Positions 1 through 5,063 of a stretch of 5,063 nucleotides of DNA are shown piece by piece. The position numbers and the translations under genes are program-made. The number at the start of each line of letters is the position of its first letter. Position 1 is the first letter of the stretch. This DNA is from Vitrella brassicaformis CCMP3155 (lineage: Eukaryota > Protista > Chromerida): NCBI GenBank assembly GCA_001179505.1, contig CDMY01001051.1, positions 1 through 5,063 on the forward strand, written 5' to 3'. The notes below the pieces were generated by a model that ran no database searches, was not told the origin of the DNA, and saw only the letters and a list, made by a program, of their open reading frames with translations.

Positions 1-164
1 GCCGATTGCTTTGGACGTTTGATTGGTTTATACGCACAAGCGAGTGATTGCTTAACACCCCGTACAAGCCTCCTCCCCTGATCGCGCATTTTTTAAAACG
101 TCCCAAATGTGCCGAAAAATATTTAAAAACCGGCAAACCGTCGGAAAAGTCAGAAAACGCAAAT

Positions 165-276
165 GAAAAGAAAGGAAAAAAAAGGAAAAAGGAAAAAAAA
201 AGAAAAGAAAGAAAGAAAGAAAGAAAGAAAAGAAAAAAGAAAAAAAGAAAGAAGAGAGAGAGAGAGAGAGAGAGAA
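165..276 (+). repeat. 112-nt pure purine tract including (GAAA)6 and (AG)11
   Basis: No pyrimidine from 165 to 276; (GAAA)6 at 207-230; (AG)11 at 253-274. Confidence 0.95.
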
Positions 277-630
277 TCCCCGACAAACAAGGAACAAATT
301 TTAAAAGCCGCCAAAAAATAAAAGGAGACAATTTAAAAAAGTTGGGTTGCAATCCGTTGAATCACAGCTTGCTTGGCATGTTCTTCTCTCGCAAACCAGT
401 GTCTTTCACACATCGAACTGGATGACACTCGTATGTCTTTACCACACAGTCTATTTGCCTTCACACTTACACATATACACGCACGCACACATAAGACAGA
501 CATAAGATTACACACAAGACAACACATAGAGACATGCATACATAATTCATACAGACAAACAGCCAGACAGCGTTAGCAGAGGCACCACATTCATTCACAG
601 AGACAGACAGTCGGGGATGGTACGTACATG

Positions 631-680
631 AACCAATCAATTAATCAACCAGTCAATCAATCAATCAATCAACCAATCAA
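631..680 (+). repeat. Degenerate (AATC)n microsatellite
   Basis: Five perfect TCAA units at 653-672 with degenerate flanks; preceded by CA-rich low-complexity sequence ~450-610. Confidence 0.9.
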
Positions 681-1282
681 CTATTTTCCTCGATTTTTCC
701 GCTGTCTCGGTGATGTGCGAGCGGTTTTTTCGGCACCAAAAATAGCCATTTTCCGCGGGTGAGAACCGGGGTCGCCCCCTTCCCTCCCATCTCCTTTTTT
801 TCAAACGTCCCAAACCCCTCAAAAAAAGGGGCTAATTCTGACAAAAATTCAAATCCATGGGAGGACGCTTGCACGGGGGGTTGCTTTATCTTCTGCTCAG
901 AATTTCTGCGGGGTTTCTCGCCGTGAATGACTCGCCAGAGCCACCCTCCATCACATTGACTCGTTTTTCCCCGCTCAAGGATGTTCTTCAATCAATCATT
1001 CCTTGGATGGCTGCGAGAGCCCTTGGATGTCTCCGAATGTTTGATTCATCGTTGATCTCCACACACGTGACGCAAAGTGATGCAGCCTGAGTGATTTTGC
1101 AAGAAGATTCGTCATTGACACGTGCAATTGGCGTCATCAACGGTGTCTGATGGGCTATGATGGCACGAAAGGCATGAACAGCAAGCATGACAGCAAGCAA
1201 ATCACATAAATCATGCCGCCCCGCCGCCTGCATCAGTGAATGTATCAGTCGAAATGGCCATCAAATCGCTCTCACGATGAGT

Positions 1283-1317
1283 GGGTGGGCGGGTGGGGTG
1301 GGTGGGTGGGCGGAGGG
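1283..1317 (+). repeat. (GGGY)n tract, G-quadruplex-forming motif
   Basis: Seven G3/G4 runs separated by 1-nt loops (1283-1310), plus GGG at 1315-1317. Confidence 0.8.
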
Positions 1318-1671
1318 TGAAGTGATCCGAATGACTGAGGAGGAACATGCCGAACACATCAGGGCTGCCAGATGCCTCAGGTGACTCTGTTGACCACCCT
1401 CTTGTTGGTCATAAATGGGTCTTCGTGCCTCGACGTGAAGCAGCCGCTCTTCCGTTTACATCGTGACTCAACCTCGCCAAGCAAACTCGCCTTTTCGTCG
1501 CAAATCACCGTCAGAATGATTCATCTCAGAACATGACCATCAAAACGTCTGTCTTTCTCGATGGAATCACTCGTTCATCGGTCCGCTCTTTCACAAAGAG
1601 GTTCTTCATCGTGTTGCGGTCATTTTGAGCCATGGTCGGTTTGGATGGCTGATTTGAGTCTCTTTGGGAGG

Positions 1672-1784
1672 TGACCCAGTTATCCGGTCCGTTTTTTACT
1701 GTGTACAGAGTGATCGGGATGGGCTGACCCACATACGCAACTGACCCGCTTATACGGTGACCCACTTACGCGGTCCGGACTGTA
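1672..1784 (-). mobile_element. Probable Tc1/mariner-pogo-type transposon terminus with subterminal direct repeats; partner end not in window
   Basis: Minus strand reads TA|CAGTCCGGACCGCGTAAGTGGGTCA (TA at 1783-1784). 1672-1691 TGACCCAGTTATCCGGTCCG matches 1758-1777 TGACCCACTTACGCGGTCCG at 17/20; partial copies start at 1725 and 1742. Confidence 0.5.
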
Positions 1785-1891
1785 GCCCAATTCGCGGACT
1801 CCGTTCGGGAGTGCGTGAGGCAGTTCATCCCTGAGGAAAAAGCCGCAAATCCCTTCCCCAAATCCAAGGGATGGCTCTGCTTCGCCTCCTT

Positions 1892-2030
1892 CTACCGCCC
1901 CTTGCCGGTGAGGTTCTCAATGATGCCCTGCAAGAAGGATTCGTCGTCGGGGCTGCAGGGAATGTCTCCCTGTCTCATGAGGTCCAGCCGCAGGGGTCCC
2001 TCGAGCGTCATAGCACAGCTCGATCAGGAG
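1892..2030 (-). pseudogene. Probable terminal exon of the same gene, apparently with a 1-nt frameshift
   Basis: Branch-like GCTCAC plus TCTCTCTCTCAG acceptor ending at 2031. The phase-1 reading gives APDRAVL then TGA (2010-2008). A one-base shift continues with GC3-rich MTLEGPLRLDLMRQGDIPCSPDDESFLQGIIENLTGKGR to TAG at 1894-1892. No family recognised. Confidence 0.5.
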
Positions 2031-2170
2031 CTGAGAGAGAGAATAGTGAGCATAAATCAGCCGTGTCTTCCCCCAGGCATGTCACAGGCATGCCAACTGA
2101 ATAAAAAAATGGGAAAAAAGTTATGCTAGGCGTGGATGATTAAGCCAAGCAATTTGTGACTGTTTCTCAC

Positions 2171-2186
2171 CCATGAAGTCGTCCCC
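2171..2186 (-). pseudogene. Remainder of the interrupted exon, ending at a GTGAGA donor
   Basis: Joining 3727 to 2186 gives AAT AGA AGC GGG GAC GAC TTC ATG G|GTGAGA (donor at 2170), i.e. ...ENRSGDDFM, then a 140-nt intron 2170-2031. Confidence 0.5.
2180..2186 (+). repeat. Target-site duplication, left copy (CGTCCCC)
   Basis: Identical 7-mer immediately outside both TIRs; partner at 3720-3726. Confidence 0.75.
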
Positions 2187-2203
2187 GCCGGCGCCGATGT
2201 AGG
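2187..2203 (+). repeat. Left terminal inverted repeat (17 bp)
   Basis: GCCGGCGCCGATGTAGG; 16/17 inverted match to 3703-3719. Confidence 0.8.
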
Positions 2204-2274
2204 CGCCAATGTAGGCGCGACTTTCGTCGATATAGACGTAGGCGAGCGCCTATGTAGGCGACAATCTAGGCGAC
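2196..2274 (+). repeat. Subterminal TAGGCG motif array (six copies, one inverted)
   Basis: GATGTAGGCGCC/AATGTAGGCGCG (2196-2219), CGTAGGCG (2237-2244), inverted CGCCTA (2247-2252), TATGTAGGCGAC/AATCTAGGCGAC (2251-2274). Confidence 0.75.
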
Positions 2275-2379
2275 ACAAAGCAAGCCACTGTGCGCAGTGA
2301 TGGAAGTGATTGCGTGTGGGGAGGAAGCTGGATTGACGCGCGTGGGAAGGGTTCGGAAGGGTTTCTGCAATGACTGATC

Positions 2380-2408
2380 ATGAATGGATGAATGGATGAA
2401 TGAATGAA
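2380..2408 (+). repeat. (ATGA/ATGG)n microsatellite inside the TIR element
   Basis: ATGAATGGATGAATGGATGAATGAATGAA. Confidence 0.85.
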
Positions 2409-2912
2409 CCCCATTTTACTCGCAAAGCAGTGAAATTTGCGTGGCGCCTTATGCAGCCGTGGCCAATAGTCAATCAGTCAACAACTAATCGTCCTCTGTA
2501 GCAACGACTCCTCTAACTTCCTCTTCTTCCCTGCCCTTCTCTGTCCTGCCCTTTGTCACAAATCGACATACACCACCATGAGCACCAGACGTGTACCATC
2601 CGCCAGGGGTAGATGGATGCGTCGGCGTGTGTGTGGCATGGACCGAATGAGACATACGTGAACAAATAAATATCGCTCGAGACACGGCAAATTTATCCAT
2701 CCACGCGGCAACCAAACAATCATCGATATCTTGCCGGCCATGCGTCCTTCTGCGCGTCGCTTCATTACAACAGCAGACCAGACCAACGGCTCGAAAGGCG
2801 CTCCCTCCGCCAGAGCAATCCTCGCAGCCCTTTCGAAAGATTGCCTTCTGCGAGGCGACTCTTCTCCCCACGGGCGTACCCTTGCACTTACGAAGCCACC
2901 GGCGGCGTCCCA

Positions 2913-2951
2913 CAGGGAAAGACCCGAAGTCTCTCTTCGGGTCTCTCCCTG
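2913..2951. other. 17-bp inverted repeat (hairpin) with a 5-nt loop
   Basis: CAGGGAAAGACCCGAAG-TCTCT-CTTCGGGTCTCTCCCTG; 16/17 Watson-Crick pairs; the A2919/C2945 mismatch becomes G-U on the minus strand. Confidence 0.8.
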
Positions 2952-3702
2952 AACCCGTATCAACGGCAAGACTCAGGCAAGTAAGTCCCGGATCCGAGGG
3001 GTCCACCTCCCACTCAGACGACATCCATCTACCCCAGGCAGCATCCCGCACACGTCTCCGCGCTGACACAGACACACCACGCCACACAAGCACAATCTGT
3101 CAATGTCATGCCTGGGCTCCTTGTCGTCCGCCAGGCGCCGAAGCACAAACAAACAGACGACTCTGAGGGAATAAGGCAGAAAGGGGCAACTCTGCAGAGG
3201 GGGATTCGAGCACTCACACGCATGCGCTGGGCTCACATATACTGTGACCCTTGGGTATTTAGCACCCCGTAGAGGGCTCCCCTTTTCTATTCTTATTTGC
3301 GATGCTCAAATTCCCCCTTCAATTTTAATTCTAGTACTCCTTTGATTTTTTGTGGGAGGTTTTGAAAGTGGAGGCGGCGGAGTCAGGAGGGTCTGAGGGG
3401 GCTTTCCATGCCTAAACCAAGCTTAAAACAACGCTTGCTACCCGCTCATTGCCTGAATCTTAAAAATGTTTCCCCAATTTTCCATTTCTAAGATTTTTCT
3501 CTGGTGGGGTTTTGTCATGAGGTAGGATAGTGATGTGTGAGCACCGTACACACAAGACATCCACCAACGAGGACCCATCATCACACGAATGGTTTACGAG
3601 CGTATGTAAGGGGTCGTGTGGGCGAGAGGGATTGATCGATCATCAAATACAAACCAATCCAACCAACACACGATAAGAGACATTGCATTCGACCTATTTC
3701 CA

Positions 3703-3719
3703 CCTACGTCGGCGCCGGC
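3703..3719 (-). repeat. Right terminal inverted repeat (17 bp)
   Basis: Reads GCCGGCGCCGACGTAGG on the minus strand. Confidence 0.8.
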
Positions 3720-3726
3720 CGTCCCC
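3720..3726 (+). repeat. Target-site duplication, right copy (CGTCCCC)
   Basis: Identical to 2180-2186. Confidence 0.75.
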
Positions 3727-3936
3727 GCTTCTATTTTCCTGTTGCTTCACGTAGATGACTGCGTGAGGTCTGAATGTTGGTTTCATTGATTGTCTCACGC
3801 AACGGTGCATGAAAGCATGGAATCCGTCACTATGCACCCGAATCAATGGAATCAACCGACCAGCTGCGACTTCGACAGTGGCGTAGCGATCAAGTAGCGA
3901 TTCCAGGTTCGGGTGATATCCCGTGGGGCCAAGTGT
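3720..3936 (-). pseudogene. Exonic region(s) of an unidentified spliced gene, interrupted at 3720 by the TIR element
   Basis: Acceptor TTTCCCCCCCAG ends at 3937. A stop-free frame of 72 codons follows (TLGPTGYHPNLESLLDRYATVEVAAG...RPHAVIYVKQQENRSGD). A second acceptor-like ACATTCAG ends at 3770, so an internal intron may lie within ~3860-3770; the exon structure is not resolved. Confidence 0.45.
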
Positions 3937-3989
3937 CTGGGGGGGAAACTGTCATTAACCGTAACACTCGTCTGTGTGTCCGTGATACT

Positions 3990-5063
3990 CATATAAATAC
4001 AGTCCCATCAGCACGCAGAGTCAAACAGGCTCAAGGGGAGGAGGGATCAATCCCCACCCCATCAGCACACCCCAGTCCCGCAAACCCTTCCCTCCCTCCC
4101 CCACGCAGACAGAAGCTAGTCGCGCGCGAGGGCGATAGACAAGCGAGAGCGAATCCATCCAGACAGATGACTGAACCCCCGACTCTTCCACCCCTCCTTC
4201 TCCAACAGCGCATGAGCCATATGGGCGATGAACACGTTGGCATCGTGTCCCCCACACACCGTCACACGTCACCACCAGAGGGCAGAAGGTCACGCGGGAG
4301 TCGCAGACGGCCGAGCGGTATTTCTTCTTCTTGGCGGTCTCGTGCTGCTTCAGGATGGACTTGGTCGATCGGTTCTTGGAAGCGTAAGACGTTGCGTCAG
4401 GATCCGTAATACAGATGTCAAACGACGCAGCCGCCTGCCGCTCCCACACGCCCCGAGCGACGATGTCCGCCCTGACCCCACCCTCCCCCTCCTCTCCCTC
4501 CTTCAACACCACCTCCCGACGCACACCAGCGTCCCCCCACGCCATCCCAATCAGCTCGGCAAAAGTGTCCCGCAGCTCGTCGTGGCGACGAATCACCAGG
4601 CCGTACCGCTTGCAGCACAGCGCATGGTCGACGGTGAGGGGCTGGTTGCAGTGGTCGCAGCGTGCAGCGAGGCCGGGGGGGTGACGGCCGTAACGCATGT
4701 TGAGGGCATCTCGAAACTCCGCAGCATCAAGACCAGTGTTGTTGTCTGTCGACGGGAGGGTGGTCAGCCAGCCGGACGTCTTGTACTCGGCGCTGCGGGA
4801 GAGGACGCGATGGCGCCGGCGGTCGATGTGCGGCAGGGCGGCCTCCCTCTTGGTCTTGTGGGCGACGTCCTGCTGCTGCTTGCTCCGGGTGAGGGCGTGG
4901 CGGATGGTGGCACGATGGTCGCCAGGGTGGAACGGAGCCTTGCCTTGGACGGACTTGGAGACCACCTTGGTGCTCGCGCGGGAAGCGGGGTAGGCGGCTG
5001 CGGCACGGTCGAGAGGGTCACATATGCCGGTGCCGCTATGCCGGGCAGGCAGCAGCATCAGGT
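3990..5063 (-). mobile_element. 3' portion of a CRE/SLACS-clade (R2-like, restriction-endonuclease-like) non-LTR retrotransposon; continues beyond the window end; 3' boundary approximate
   Basis: The minus-strand frame is open to the window edge. In order it encodes: post-RT motif LLPARHSGTGICDP (LP-x-R-x-GGLGI-x-DP type); SGWLTTLP...EFRDALNMRYG; CCHC knuckle CDHC-x7-H-x3-C (4612-4659); RRHDELRD; REL core RADI...FDICITDPDATSY...HETAKKKKY; FCPLVVTCDG. After frame repair it ends WIRSRLSIALARATSFCLRG, typical of CRE-clade C-termini. Clade assignment is from recognition of motifs, not a database search. Confidence 0.9.
4031..5061 (-). pseudogene. C-terminal part (RT thumb/linker, CCHC, REL endonuclease) of the retrotransposon ORF, with two frameshifts
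   Basis: Frame A is open from 5061 to ~4250. An extra C in the C5 run at 4249-4253 shifts to frame B (GHDANVFIAHMAHALLEKEGWKSRGFSHLSGWIRSRLSIALAR). A missing CG in (CG)4 at 4121-4128 shifts to frame C (ATSFCLRGGGREGFAGLGCADGVGIDPSSP), which stops at 4033-4031. The tail of the 345-aa ORF-track protein after GVWG is therefore out of frame. Confidence 0.85.

Larger units (their letters stand above)
2187..3719. mobile_element. Non-autonomous TIR DNA transposon, 1533 bp, superfamily unassigned
   Basis: Left end GCCGGCGCCGATGTAGG (2187-2203) is the reverse complement of right end CCTACGTCGGCGCCGGC (3703-3719) at 16/17 positions. Both ends are abutted by CGTCCCC (2180-2186, 3720-3726). No recognisable transposase ORF inside. 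Confidence 0.8.

Noticed and set aside
48-425. 125-aa K/R/E-rich ORF (and its F/S/L-rich antisense ORF 52-297)
   Set aside because: Simply the translation of the purine microsatellite tract; no domain features.
743-752. TAGCCATTTT resembling the dinoflagellate spliced-leader core
   Set aside because: Only 10 nt; the flanks do not match CCG...GGCTCAAG and no donor or Sm site follows.
677-1640. Possible decayed minus-strand coding sequence (joining ORFs 988-1233 and 677-991 by a 1-nt shift; fragments at 1380-1640)
   Set aside because: Requires several stops or frameshifts and shows no recognisable DDE, HTH or other motif; only a tBLASTn search could rescue it.
1672-1777. CRISPR-like reading of the TGACCC repeats
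   Set aside because: Repeats are short, degenerate and irregularly spaced without constant-length spacers; eukaryotic context and no cas genes.
2015-2030. In-frame TGA-TCG-AGC-TGT (possible selenocysteine UxxC) at the start of the terminal exon
   Set aside because: The upstream exon predicts a different phase. The downstream ATGAA...GA segment (~1790-1830, minus) lacks a proper SECIS helix II and apical AA.
1815-2129. Plus-strand ORFs 1815-2129 and 1871-2104
   Set aside because: They overlap the minus-strand exon; 1871-2104 is its codon-register shadow, and the splice signals point to the minus strand.
2187-2270. Self-contained introner (element providing both donor and acceptor)
   Set aside because: The minus-strand AGs nearest the element end (at 2221, 2250, 2266) would leave 53, 82 or 98 extra nt, none a multiple of three.
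2815-2855. HDV-like ribozyme interpretation of the crossing stems
   Set aside because: No room for P1.1, P4 or the J4/2 catalytic C on either strand.
2485-3236. Minus-strand ORFs inside the TIR element (2485-3093, 2556-2969, 2973-3236, 3029-3223)
   Set aside because: Overlapping frames in GC-rich, partly low-complexity sequence with no transposase or other motif.
3234-3243. CACATATACT resembling U6 snRNA 5' region
   Set aside because: No ACAGAGA box or other U6 sequence follows.
3846-5021. Plus-strand ORFs 3846-4409, 4415-4684, 4697-4993 and alternative minus frames 4418-4618, 4764-5021
   Set aside because: Antisense or alternative-frame shadows of the GC-rich retrotransposon ORF.

Overview
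Eukaryotic, intron-containing and transposon-riddled DNA; no prokaryotic operon, rRNA, tRNA or CRISPR array is seen. CA-rich/(AATC)n spacers and short GT-AG introns recall protist genomes such as chromerid alveolates, but that is only a low-confidence guess. The firm call is the 3' part of a minus-strand CRE-clade (R2-like, REL endonuclease) non-LTR retrotransposon (~3990 to beyond 5063). It has a CCHC knuckle and PD-(D/E)xK-type nuclease, and two slippage-type frameshifts near the C-terminus. Manual reading also shows a 1533-bp non-autonomous DNA transposon (2187-3719) with 17-bp TIRs and a 7-bp target duplication (CGTCCCC). It sits inside an exon of a minus-strand spliced gene that can be partly rebuilt once the element is removed. 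Both TIRs carry a GTAGG splice-donor-like site 12 nt from the end, and on the host-gene strand that donor is in the same phase as the exon's own donor. A probable Tc1/pogo-type terminus (TA|CAGT..., four subterminal repeats) lies at 1672-1784. Most other listed ORFs appear to be low-complexity or antisense artefacts.
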